Shown here: one piece after another, positions 17,445 to 24,900 of the stretch | How positions within the stretch are numbered: position 1 is the first letter of the stretch | Layout of the letters: the number at the start of each line of letters is the position of its first letter | NCBI GenBank assembly: GCA_041674405.1 | Contig: JBAYVT010000002.1 | Span: 90,001-122,000, forward strand | Source: Patescibacteria group bacterium | GTDB lineage: Bacteria > Patescibacteriota > UBA1384 > XYA2-FULL-43-10 | DNA length: 32,000 nucleotides | Direction of reading: 5' to 3' | The notes under the pieces: generated by a model | Told to the model about the DNA's origin: nothing | Databases searched by the model: none | What the model saw: only the letters and a program-made list of their open reading frames with translations | Made by a program: the position numbers and the translations under genes

Positions 17445-18122
17445 TTAATTCGCCTGTGTTGATGCTTCTTCTCCGACCTTACCAAACAGATTCTTGAAAA
17501 ACATCGTCCAGAAAGAGCTGGAAACATCCGTGGTTTTTTGTTCGACTTTCACAGCATATTTTGGATCATCGCGAAGCCCTAGTTGGTCTGCATACATTGT
17601 GGCATAAATTTGCTGATATTTTTTAACGTTGTAAACGTAATTTCTTGTCTCTTTAAAAGGAATATTACCGAGAATCCCTAAAGCAATCCATTTGTCAGCA
17701 TTTCCAGTTCCCGCATTATATCCTGCCAAAGCCGCGTCGATATTACCGCTGTATTTTACCAAAAGATCGCGAATATGGGCAGCGCCAAAATTGATCGAAG
17801 TTTCGGGATCAAAAATATCATAATTTGTCATACCCACTTCTTTTGCCATGGTATTCGCAGTGCCCGGCATAAACTGCATAAGCCCTTTTGCGCCCTTGCT
17901 TGATTGAGCAGTCGGGTTAAATCGTGACTCCTGCATAATTACTGCGGCTACAAGCGACGGATCAACTCCATAAGCACGAGAATACTGAACAATCCAATTC
18001 TCGTATTTAAGCGGCACTATCGTGTCGGCCAACATCCCCGGCAAATAAAAGAATCCAGCTACAAGCATGACTAAAATCAAGCCAATAATTACAAGTAAAT
18101 TTACTTTCGTCTTTTTTTTCAT
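17445..18122 (-). CDS. Membrane-anchored lytic transglycosylase (SLT domain)
   Basis: Track ORF 17445..18137. The ATG at 18122 (MKKKTKVNLL...) is preceded by AGAGGGG. Motifs ESRFNPTAQSSKGAKGLMQF and AGYNAG. Confidence 0.85.
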   Translation of the reverse strand: MKKKTKVNLLVIIGLILVMLVAGFFYLPGMLADTIVPLKYENWIVQYSRAYGVDPSLVAAVIMQESRFNPTAQSSKGAKGLMQFMPGTANTMAKEVGMTNYDIFDPETSINFGAAHIRDLLVKYSGNIDAALAGYNAGTGNADKWIALGILGNIPFKETRNYVYNVKKYQQIYATMYADQLGLRDDPKYAVKVEQKTTDVSSSFWTMFFKNLFGKVGEEASTQAN

Positions 18123-18267
18123 CGAACCCCTCTGCAATAAGTCTCTTATCCATGCTTAGTAGTCTTAGCTATTGGTCCGCTGTAAACTACAAAATCCTAA
18201 CTATCGACTAAAATATTACCACAGATAAGACCCAAAGAAAAGATAAGACTTAAATCAAATATCACTT

Positions 18268-18296
18268 GGCGGCTCCCGAACTTTTCGGGAGCCGCC
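18268..18296 (-). terminator. GC-rich hairpin (13-bp stem) 21 nt downstream of the island B ORF
   Basis: ggcggctcccgaa-ctt-ttcgggagccgcc. There is no U-tract (minus strand continues AAGTGATATTT). Confidence 0.5.
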
Positions 18297-18317
18297 CAGC
18301 CCTCCCCGTATGCTCGC

Positions 18318-18517
18318 CTAGGATTTGGTCGCTGCCCTCTTGCCGTCTCCGACGACAACAAAGATCAGCGCAAGACCAATGGTGAGCATCACTACCGGAC
18401 CCAGGAGATGATGTTCCAGCCACTGCCGCGACCCGTCACTCCAAATGCTGCCTACCAGGACGACAGCTGCGCCCGAAACAAACATCAGCCCTCCCATCAG
18501 GTGCAGGAACCTCATCA
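18318..18517 (-). CDS. Small two-TM membrane protein (66 aa) encoded in GC-rich micro-island B
   Basis: Track ORF 18318..18566. The ATGATG at 18517 is preceded by GGAGGG with a 6-nt spacer. MMRFLHLMGGLMFVSGAAVVLVGSIW...VVMLTIGLALIFVVVGDGKRAATKS. Third codon positions are strongly G/C-biased. Confidence 0.55.
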
Positions 18518-18566
18518 TAATATTCCCTCCATGTAGGAATCGGTGCTCAGCACAAGAATAACACAA

Positions 18567-18598
18567 AAATCTGCACTTGTTTTAATTAATGCAGATTT
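18567..18598 (-). terminator. Hairpin (9-bp stem, 14-nt loop) plus T-run immediately after tRNA-Leu(UAA)
   Basis: aaatctgca...tgcagattt. The minus strand continues TTTTGTGTT. Confidence 0.55.
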
Positions 18599-18599
18599 C

Positions 18600-18688
18600 T
18601 GGTGCCCGGAGCCGGGGTCGAACCGGCACGATGTTTTACCATCATTGGATTTTAAGTCCAACGCGTCTACCAATTCCGCCATCCGGGC
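18600..18688 (-). tRNA. tRNA-Leu (anticodon UAA), CCA encoded
   Basis: Reverse complement: GCCCGGA-TG-GCGGAATTGGTAGACGC-G-TTGGA-CTTAAAA-TCCAA-long variable arm-GCCGGTTCGACCCCGGC-TCCGGGC-ACCA. Confidence 0.9.
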
Positions 18689-18723
18689 ACATCAATATTA
18701 ATATTTTACTTTAAAGCACTAAT

Positions 18724-19692
18724 CTACTCAACTTTCCAACCTTCTTTTTTCTTCACGATTTTCCCCTCAATCGAGAATCCTGATGCTCGCTTATGGCCTC
18801 CGCCACCAAATAATCCTGCGATCTGTGCCACATCGATATCATTGCGCTCCGTTCGAAGGCTGCCCTTTAATCTACCATCAGAGGTCTCATAAATCAACAT
18901 TGCCATCTTGTTTCCATCTGTTGAGTTTATCAAATTTACAATTCCAGAAACCTCCTCGTCTGTCGCTCGCGCCTCTTCGATGTCGGTTCTAGTTAAAAAA
19001 GAATATACAATTCCCAAATTTTTCTTTGTAGTCATTCTCGACAAGGCGATTCCCCAAAGTTTTAAGGTCGAGATTGATCTTGATTGAGTTAAACTTTTTG
19101 CAATTTCTTTCAGTTTTGCCCCTTTGTGCATCAGTTCAGACGCAATTAGCAAAACCTTCTCTGTGGTGTTTTGGTGCTGAAATCCGCCCGTATCGTAATA
19201 AATTCCTGTTAAAAGCGAAGTTGCCATGTCGCGATCAATATCCACGCCCCAAAGTATGAAAAGATCATACAAAAGCTCACAGGTTGAAGACGCATCAGGA
19301 TTCGCGATGTTAATTTTTGCAATTTTCCAGATATCATTTTGAATGTGGTGGTCAATATTAACCAGCGGTACATTATTTTTCTTCGCAGATAGAATTCTAG
19401 AGTAAAACCCGGTTCTCTTTAAATCACCATTATCCAAAAGAATGATCGCGTCATAATCCCCAGACAAATAATCTGATCTAATCTCGCTAAAATTTTCAAT
19501 AAAAGAAAATATTGGAGAGGGATCAGTAGCTACTACAATCCTAGAAGACTTCCCGAGCGCTTTCAAATAACTGGCAAAAGCAGATAAGGCACCGAGGGCA
19601 TCTCCATCCGGATTTTCATGCCCGATCAACAGAAAATTAGATCCCTCGGCGATTAGCTTACCAAGTTTTTGAGCAAGTTCAACTTTAATCAT
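18724..19692 (-). CDS. DHH/DHHA1 family phosphoesterase (NrnA-like oligoribonuclease/pAp phosphatase)
   Basis: 322 aa. Motifs GHENPDGDALGA, NIDHHIQN and GGGGHKRASG. Confidence 0.85.
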   Translation of the reverse strand: MIKVELAQKLGKLIAEGSNFLLIGHENPDGDALGALSAFASYLKALGKSSRIVVATDPSPIFSFIENFSEIRSDYLSGDYDAIILLDNGDLKRTGFYSRILSAKKNNVPLVNIDHHIQNDIWKIAKINIANPDASSTCELLYDLFILWGVDIDRDMATSLLTGIYYDTGGFQHQNTTEKVLLIASELMHKGAKLKEIAKSLTQSRSISTLKLWGIALSRMTTKKNLGIVYSFLTRTDIEEARATDEEVSGIVNLINSTDGNKMAMLIYETSDGRLKGSLRTERNDIDVAQIAGLFGGGGHKRASGFSIEGKIVKKKEGWKVE

Positions 19693-19697
19693 TTAAT

Positions 19698-20192
19698 TTA
19701 TGGTTTGGGTCGTAAGATAAAAAACTTTCGCTCTTCGTCCGGCAAATCAAGTTTTTTAATTTTGAGCGTATCAATATCTTCTTCAACAATTCCCTCGGTT
19801 TTTTTGAACTCTGAAATATCAGAGTAAAGCATAGGAATAACAGTCCTTGGGTCAATCTTAGCAATCAATGCACTGGCATCTTTCATATCTAGAGTGCCAT
19901 CTTCTCCTAAGGGGAGTATTAAAATATCAATATCCCCAATCTCCTTAATCGCTTCATCAGAAATCATTGCCTTTAGTCTTCCGCCATAACAGATCGCCAT
20001 CGCCTCGGCATGAAGTACAAAAACGCAACCATCTCCATTCGGCTTGATTGCCTGAACAAATACACCTTTTCTTTCATATTCACCCGGACCTGAGATTTCA
20101 AATCCATCAATATTGATGTTATCAGACAATGCTATCACAGCATCTTTTGTCTTAATTTCAAATTTTTCCTTGCCCAAATATGTTATTTGCAT
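19698..20192 (-). CDS. MBL-fold (Lactamase_B_3/UPF0173-like) protein, short form lacking an obvious HxHxDH motif
   Basis: 164 aa. GPGEYERKGVFV...ILILPLGEDGTLDMKDASALIAKIDPRTVIPMLY resembles the C-terminal half of UPF0173-type hydrolases. The call is from memory of the family pattern. Confidence 0.55.
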   Translation of the reverse strand: MQITYLGKEKFEIKTKDAVIALSDNINIDGFEISGPGEYERKGVFVQAIKPNGDGCVFVLHAEAMAICYGGRLKAMISDEAIKEIGDIDILILPLGEDGTLDMKDASALIAKIDPRTVIPMLYSDISEFKKTEGIVEEDIDTLKIKKLDLPDEERKFFILRPKP

Positions 20193-20229
20193 GGCTCCTC
20201 CACCTAGTTAGTCACTAGAAACTTAGGAA

Positions 20230-21477
20230 TTATTCTTCTTTGTTCTTCCCTTTTGTTTTTTTCTCGGTTTTTTTATCACCAGCTGGTTCGTTCTTTTCAG
20301 CTTTTTCCCCTGATTCTTCTTTCTTTTCAGATTTTTTTGATTTTAAATCTTTCAAGCTCAAGCCCAACCTATGGCTTTCTGGCTCGATAGAGATTATCTT
20401 GAATGTGTATTCTTTGCCAAGTTCAACCACTTCTCCTGGATCAACGATATGTTCGTCAGAAAGTTCAGAAACATGGACAAGACCATCGATATCATCTCCC
20501 AGAGAAACAAAGGCACCAAATGGTGTAATCTTTGTAATAGTGCCTTTGACCTCACTGCCCACTTTAAATTTGGAGGCGGCTTCTACCCATGGATCCGGAA
20601 GTAAACGTTTGATTGATAATGAAATTTTACCTTCATCTACCCCAATAATCATAATTTTAACTTCGTCGCCGACTTTGTAAAGTTTAGAAAGGTCGGAGAC
20701 TCTGCTCCATGACACTTCGGAAATATGGACCAGTCCTTCAATTTGTGGATCCAAACTCACAAACAAGCCGAAGTCCACAATTCCTGTGATTTTTCCAGCA
20801 ACTTTATCCCCAACTTTATATTTATCAATTTTAGTTTTAACTTCCTCGGCCCTTACTGCTTTTTCGGAGAAAATGAGTTTATTATTTTCTTTATCGCAAT
20901 TGATAACCTTAACCATAAGTTCGGTACCAATAAATTGTCGCAATCGATTCAAAATTTCGTCTTTATCACCACCGGAAACTCGTGGATAATTGGCTGGTGA
21001 GAGTTGAGACACTGGTAAAAATCCCTGAATCCCGCCAATATCGGTCATGAGGCCGCCTTTATTCGCATCAACAATCTGAATTGCAACCGGTTCTCCAGAT
21101 TCAAATTTCTGTTGCATTTCAAGCCAATATTTTTCCCGGTCAGCCCGCTTCATAGAGAGCACCACATTACCCTCTTCGTTGTCCATGGAGATAACTGAGG
21201 CATAAACGGCATCGCCCTTAGCAAGACCGGCTTTTGAGGTAATTTCTTTTTCGGGAATAAAACCAAGTGATTGGCCCATCACATCAACCCAAATTCTGTT
21301 TCCTCCAACAGCAAGAACTTTGGCTTCAACCATATCTCCTTCAACAAATGGTAAAATGTCGTCGCCCATCTCTTCCATGAGCGCTTTCATTGAATTTTCA
21401 TCTGTTTTTTTGTTTTCTTTTTTCTCTTTTTTAACTTCTGCTTCTACCAATTCTTCATCCGCTACAACTTTTTTCAT
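20230..21477 (-). CDS. rpsA: 30S ribosomal protein S1 (four S1 domains, Lys/Glu-rich termini)
   Basis: 415 aa. Repeated S1 OB-fold signatures (G.IV.GKV....FGAFV.L....GLVH.SE). Confidence 0.9.
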   Translation of the reverse strand: MKKVVADEELVEAEVKKEKKENKKTDENSMKALMEEMGDDILPFVEGDMVEAKVLAVGGNRIWVDVMGQSLGFIPEKEITSKAGLAKGDAVYASVISMDNEEGNVVLSMKRADREKYWLEMQQKFESGEPVAIQIVDANKGGLMTDIGGIQGFLPVSQLSPANYPRVSGGDKDEILNRLRQFIGTELMVKVINCDKENNKLIFSEKAVRAEEVKTKIDKYKVGDKVAGKITGIVDFGLFVSLDPQIEGLVHISEVSWSRVSDLSKLYKVGDEVKIMIIGVDEGKISLSIKRLLPDPWVEAASKFKVGSEVKGTITKITPFGAFVSLGDDIDGLVHVSELSDEHIVDPGEVVELGKEYTFKIISIEPESHRLGLSLKDLKSKKSEKKEESGEKAEKNEPAGDKKTEKKTKGKNKEE

Positions 21478-21533
21478 CTACTCTCCCAACTAACACATTA
21501 ATTATAAATAAAATGAACAAGATCGGCGTGTGT

Positions 21534-21926
21534 TTATTTCCTTTTTTTGCTCTTGGGTAAATATTTTTGATATTTTTCCTCGGCAAATTTTTTATTATTC
21601 ATCTTTGGGATATACCTTGCCATCCAAATTGTTAAATAAGTCAACGAGGCAAGGAGACCGGCAATGATCACAAGCAACACAATTCTGGCTGATAAATAAG
21701 GAAGGCCCTCATGCCGAGCAAAAACATAAATCAATCCCAATATCCCGCCCGTTAAATATATGTAGAATTGCCTGTTTTTTATTTTCCTATCTTGTTTCGA
21801 AAATTTAATTAGAATTGCGAATACAATAAGCGCAACAAATATTATCAAATAATACAAGTTCAAGCGACTCTCCGCTGGGGCAGATTTGAACAAATAATCG
21901 CTGTTAAAAATTTTCGAAAAATCCAT
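21534..21926 (-). CDS. Hypothetical membrane protein (3-4 TM segments)
   Basis: 130-aa hydrophobic ORF with a basic C-terminus. It fills the gap between tRNA-Val and rpsA. Confidence 0.6.
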   Translation of the reverse strand: MDFSKIFNSDYLFKSAPAESRLNLYYLIIFVALIVFAILIKFSKQDRKIKNRQFYIYLTGGILGLIYVFARHEGLPYLSARIVLLVIIAGLLASLTYLTIWMARYIPKMNNKKFAEEKYQKYLPKSKKRK

Positions 21927-21999
21927 AAAAACCTTGGTTATTTAAGGCTCCTTGACAAGAACCAACGGGTACCCTTTGGTTCGAGTGAAACGAGTCTAA

Positions 22000-22076
22000 T
22001 GGTGGGCGCTAAGGGAGTCGAACCCCTGACCTACTCGGTGTAAACGAGTCGCTCTAACCAACTGAGCTAAGCGCCC
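22000..22076 (-). tRNA. tRNA-Val (anticodon UAC), CCA encoded
   Basis: Reverse complement: GGGCGCT-TA-GCTCAGTTGGTTAGAGC-G-ACTCG-TTTACAC-CGAGT-AGGTC-AGGGGTTCGACTCCCTT-AGCGCCC-ACCA. Confidence 0.9.
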
Positions 22077-22085
22077 CTTTGAAAC

Positions 22086-22454
22086 TTATTTCACATCAAC
22101 TCGCAGTTTCTCAAATTCTTCGTAATCACATATTATCTCTTGCCCTTCTTTAATATCTTCGATCGCGAAATACTCATTGCCCTGCATCTTGACGTTGGGA
22201 TCTTTGGAATGATTACAGAAGCGAATGTTATCGAAGGATGAGTGCCATTTGCCAGTATGCTTTGACAAGTAGCCAAAATGTCGAAATGATTCTTGCTCAC
22301 CTGGTCTCAAATTTCCGAATTCTTCTTGAGTCAGAATCACATCAAGTTTTGGGCTGTAGTCAACTACTTTGGTTCCCTTTTTAATATCTTCGCCAGCGAA
22401 AAGACCAATCCCATCTATCGTGCTTTTATCTAAATAGGTTTTTACAAAAAGCAT
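22086..22454 (-). CDS. SET-domain protein (putative protein lysine methyltransferase)
   Basis: Track ORF 22086..22502. The ATG at 22454 (MLFVKTYLDKSTIDGIGLFA...) is preceded by AAGAGG. The 16 codons upstream of it are the tRNA-derived repeat. Motifs GIGLFAGEDIKKGTKV, RFCNHSKDPN and EIICDY. Confidence 0.8.
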   Translation of the reverse strand: MLFVKTYLDKSTIDGIGLFAGEDIKKGTKVVDYSPKLDVILTQEEFGNLRPGEQESFRHFGYLSKHTGKWHSSFDNIRFCNHSKDPNVKMQGNEYFAIEDIKEGQEIICDYEEFEKLRVDVK

Positions 22455-22472
22455 AGAGCCTCTTTGTATTAT

Positions 22473-22493
22473 TGGTGGGCGAAAGAGGACTTG
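22473..22493 (-). repeat. Exact 21-nt duplicate of the tRNA-Leu(GAG) 3' end (CAAGTCCTCTTTCGCCCACCA)
   Basis: tggtgggcgaaagaggacttg occurs at 22473-22493 and again at 22619-22639, where it is part of the intact tRNA. Confidence 0.85.
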
Positions 22494-22589
22494 GTCACGC
22501 ATTAAAATCTGCTAATTTTGTGCTCGACCCCGCCTCATTCCCGTCGGAATTCCGGCTTTCAAGTCCTTAAACTATCCAATACCCCACAT
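22473..22589 (-). pseudogene. Possible degenerate tRNA-Leu-like copy or integration scar
   Basis: The minus strand ATGTGGGGTATTGGATAG...GGACTTGAAAGCC...CCAAGTCCTCTTTCGCCCACCA loosely parallels tRNA-Leu(GAG) ATGGTGGAATTGGTAGA...CCTTGAGGTGG...TCAAGTCCTCTTTCGCCCACCA. It lacks a 5' acceptor strand and the 5' half of the T-stem. Confidence 0.35.
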
Positions 22590-22618
22590 AGCTCATTCTT
22601 CGAATGAACGATATGGGG

Positions 22619-22705
22619 TGGTGGGCGAAAGAGGACTTGAACCTCCACGGGATTGCTCCCACAGCCACCTCAAGGCTGCGTGTCTACCAATTCCACCATC
22701 CGCCC
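22619..22705 (-). tRNA. tRNA-Leu (anticodon GAG), CCA encoded
   Basis: Reverse complement: GGGCGGA-TG-GTGGAATTGGTAGACAC-G-CAGCC-TTGAGGT-GGCTG-variable arm-GGAGGTTCAAGTCCTCT-TTCGCCC-ACCA. Confidence 0.9.
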
Positions 22706-22716
22706 ATAAAATGAAA

Positions 22717-22737
22717 ATTCTCGGCCAGCCCGAGAAT
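22717..22737 (-). terminator. Intrinsic terminator of the ABC-2 exporter operon
   Basis: attctcgg-ccagc-ccgagaat. The minus strand continues TTTTCATTTT. Confidence 0.6.
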
Positions 22738-22812
22738 ATCTAAATATCTATTCAAGCTAGCTTAATAATTTATAAGCAAAGTATATCAAAAATTATTACG
22801 GAAGTAAATACA

Positions 22813-23994
22813 CTATTCGGCTTTTCTCCTCAAGAAGTTGATTGCCAGCAAAATAAACAAAACAAGAAAACCAATTAGTATTAATAAATTTGGCCAAACA
22901 TCAAAAAACTCCATATTGAGCAAGTTAACTTCGCGCATCGCCCTGATTGAATATGTAAATGGCACAATCAACGAAATATTTTTGATATAAGGGTGTATGG
23001 TCTCAGATTGAAATAAAAACGGGGTTAGAATTAGGGTCAAATAGAACACTATTACCCCGACCTGAATCGATTCTTGCAGAGAATGAGTCACTGCCGAAAT
23101 CAGAATCCCCAAGGCAATCGCCGTTTCAGCAGTAATAAACATAATTATCCCGACCAACCAAATCGGACCAAGAGAAACTTCAAAAAATATTTTTAAAGTT
23201 GATATCACCAATACCGACAAAATGATCGCAACAAACGAGAAAGCGATAAACTTTCCGAAAATCATCTGCGATTTACGATAAGGAGTAACAAAAAAACGCT
23301 CAAATGTCCCCTCAGACCGCTCACTGGTGATTGAAATCGTTGATAAGTTTATCGCATTGATTATCATCAAAAGAACCATCAGGGCAGAAAGAAAATAGTC
23401 AAAATATTTAAGGCTTTTTGTGGTATTTTTTTCTTCCGCTATCCTGATTGAATCTTCTTCAATGCTTATGCTGGTATGATTTTTTGTAACAAGTTTGAGT
23501 TGTTCAGGATCATGGATAATTGTTTCAATTTGCTTCTGTAAATTGCCTTCCGCCTGGACTTTGACATTTTGCCCAGCAAAACCAGCGAGCGAGCCCTCCA
23601 CAGCATCGACCACAAGCATTTTGACCCTACCGCTAAGATCAGGCACTGTTGAATTTTCAACAATCCGAATTTTCCCTTTAATCAGATTCTCTTCCTCTGC
23701 AATATCGACAATGACCGCTGAGCGAAATTTATCGTTTTTTACCCCCTCCAAAGCCTCCTTTTCACTGGATTCGGATGAAAAATTTATCCTCTCCTCATCT
23801 TCTAAATTCTGGACGATTTCTTCAGAATATTTATTCGAGTCGACATTAAATAATGACACCCTGATATCTTTTGGCTCCTGCCAAGTTACTAGCCCGAGAA
23901 AAATCACGACTATTATCGGCTGGGTAAGAAAAAGAAGAAACCACCGCCTGTCTCTTACAAATTTTTTCAACTCATAAAGTGCAATTTTTAACAC
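22813..23994 (-). CDS. ABC-2 type transporter permease
   Basis: 393 aa. N-terminal TM segment, ~170-aa external loop, then five C-terminal TM segments. Lies directly downstream of the ATPase gene. Confidence 0.85.
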   Translation of the reverse strand: MLKIALYELKKFVRDRRWFLLFLTQPIIVVIFLGLVTWQEPKDIRVSLFNVDSNKYSEEIVQNLEDEERINFSSESSEKEALEGVKNDKFRSAVIVDIAEEENLIKGKIRIVENSTVPDLSGRVKMLVVDAVEGSLAGFAGQNVKVQAEGNLQKQIETIIHDPEQLKLVTKNHTSISIEEDSIRIAEEKNTTKSLKYFDYFLSALMVLLMIINAINLSTISITSERSEGTFERFFVTPYRKSQMIFGKFIAFSFVAIILSVLVISTLKIFFEVSLGPIWLVGIIMFITAETAIALGILISAVTHSLQESIQVGVIVFYLTLILTPFLFQSETIHPYIKNISLIVPFTYSIRAMREVNLLNMEFFDVWPNLLILIGFLVLFILLAINFLRRKAE

Positions 23995-24001
23995 AAAACT
24001 C

Positions 24002-24715
24002 CTAAATGTTTGCTAGTACTTCCTGTAGATTCTTCGCCCTGTGCCTTGCAATTATTTGTTCTGGACTTCCCTCAATAATTATTTTTCCTTCGCGCAGAAT
24101 TATCAATTGATCACACAGAGTTTGGGCTTCATCCATATAATGTGTAGTGGTGATGATTGTCGCTGTTTTTTTCAATTCAAAAGTCAGCTGCCAAATTTTC
24201 TCCCGGGCAACCGGATCGAGCCCCATCGTTGCCTCATCAAAAAAAAGTATCTGGGGTTTATGTACTATCGCACAAGCGATTGATAATCTTTTAGCCATTC
24301 CGCCAGATAAATTTTTTACAAGCTTAGCTTTAGAACCAAGAAGATCAACCATTTTCAGAGTTTCGGAGATTCTTTCATTTCTATTGCCGTCATATTTATA
24401 AGCACTAAAAAAGAAATCAACGTTTTCCCAAACCGACAAGTTCAAGTAAAGAGCATCTTTTTGCGGCACGTATCCAATATTTTGGCGAATCTCTTGAGCA
24501 TTATTTATATAGTCTAGACCTTCAATTTCTATTGAGCCACTGGTGGGCGAAAGAATTGTCGCCAACATTCTAAGCGTGGTCGTTTTGCCCGAACCATTTG
24601 GGCCAAGAATGCCAAAAATTGTATTTTTTAAAACCTCAAAAGAAATGCCGGAAACAACTTTTTTTGTTCCGAATATTTTTGTTAGCCCAGATGTTTTGAT
24701 AACTGTATTGTTCAC
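24002..24715 (-). CDS. ABC transporter ATP-binding protein
   Basis: 237 aa. Walker A GPNGSGKTT, signature LSGGMAKRLSIA, Walker B ILFFDEATMGLD. Confidence 0.9.
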   Translation of the reverse strand: MNNTVIKTSGLTKIFGTKKVVSGISFEVLKNTIFGILGPNGSGKTTTLRMLATILSPTSGSIEIEGLDYINNAQEIRQNIGYVPQKDALYLNLSVWENVDFFFSAYKYDGNRNERISETLKMVDLLGSKAKLVKNLSGGMAKRLSIACAIVHKPQILFFDEATMGLDPVAREKIWQLTFELKKTATIITTTHYMDEAQTLCDQLIILREGKIIIEGSPEQIIARHRAKNLQEVLANI

Positions 24716-24768
24716 TCTACAAATAATAACACGAATCTTAAATGATTATTAGCCGAGACGAATCAAAA

Positions 24769-24788
24769 AGACAGGGTGCTGCCTGTCT
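24769..24788 (-). terminator. Intrinsic terminator after tRNA-Leu(CAG)
   Basis: agacagg-gtgctg-cctgtct. The minus strand continues TTTTGATT. Confidence 0.6.
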
Positions 24789-24814
24789 CAATTATATTCG
24801 CTTAAAATTTTGGA

Positions 24815-24900
24815 TGGTGGGCGCGAGAGGACTTGAACCTCCACGAGATTGCTCTCACAGCGTTCTGAACGCTGCGTGTCTGCCATTCCACCACGCGCCC
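24815..24900 (-). tRNA. tRNA-Leu (anticodon CAG), CCA encoded
   Basis: Reverse complement: GGGCGCG-TG-GTGGAATGGCAGACAC-G-CAGCG-TTCAGAA-CGCTG-variable arm-GGAGGTTCAAGTCCTCT-CGCGCCC-ACCA. The 5' end abuts the stop codon of the upstream CDS. Confidence 0.9.

Noticed and set aside
21985-21996. gtgaaacgagtc just downstream of tRNA-Val, resembling the tRNA-Val anticodon-arm segment gtgtaaacgagtc
   Set aside because: The match is only about 12 nt with an indel, too short to distinguish from chance. I noted it only because of the clearer tRNA-Leu duplication nearby.
3191-23977. Long antisense shadow ORFs: 3191..3697 (+), 12716..13363 (+), 20240..20680 (+), 23495..23977 (+), 16764..17126 (+) and others
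   Set aside because: Each lies entirely within and opposite to a well-supported conserved gene. Their translations are Ser/Phe/Ile-rich and low-complexity, and they have no SD. They are typical shadow frames of an AT-rich genome.
24541-24554. A 14-nt match (tggtgggcgaaaga) to the tRNA-Leu(GAG) 3' end inside the ABC ATPase gene
   Set aside because: It lies in frame within conserved coding sequence (…ILSPTSGSIEIEG…). The match stops after 14 nt and there is no partner repeat structure. It is most likely chance.
22619-24900. ABC-2 exporter operon bracketed by two tRNA-Leu genes as a possible genomic island
   Set aside because: The two tRNAs are complete, distinct isoacceptors (GAG and CAG), not a tRNA plus a partial repeat. 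The operon has native AT-rich composition, its own terminator and no mobility genes.
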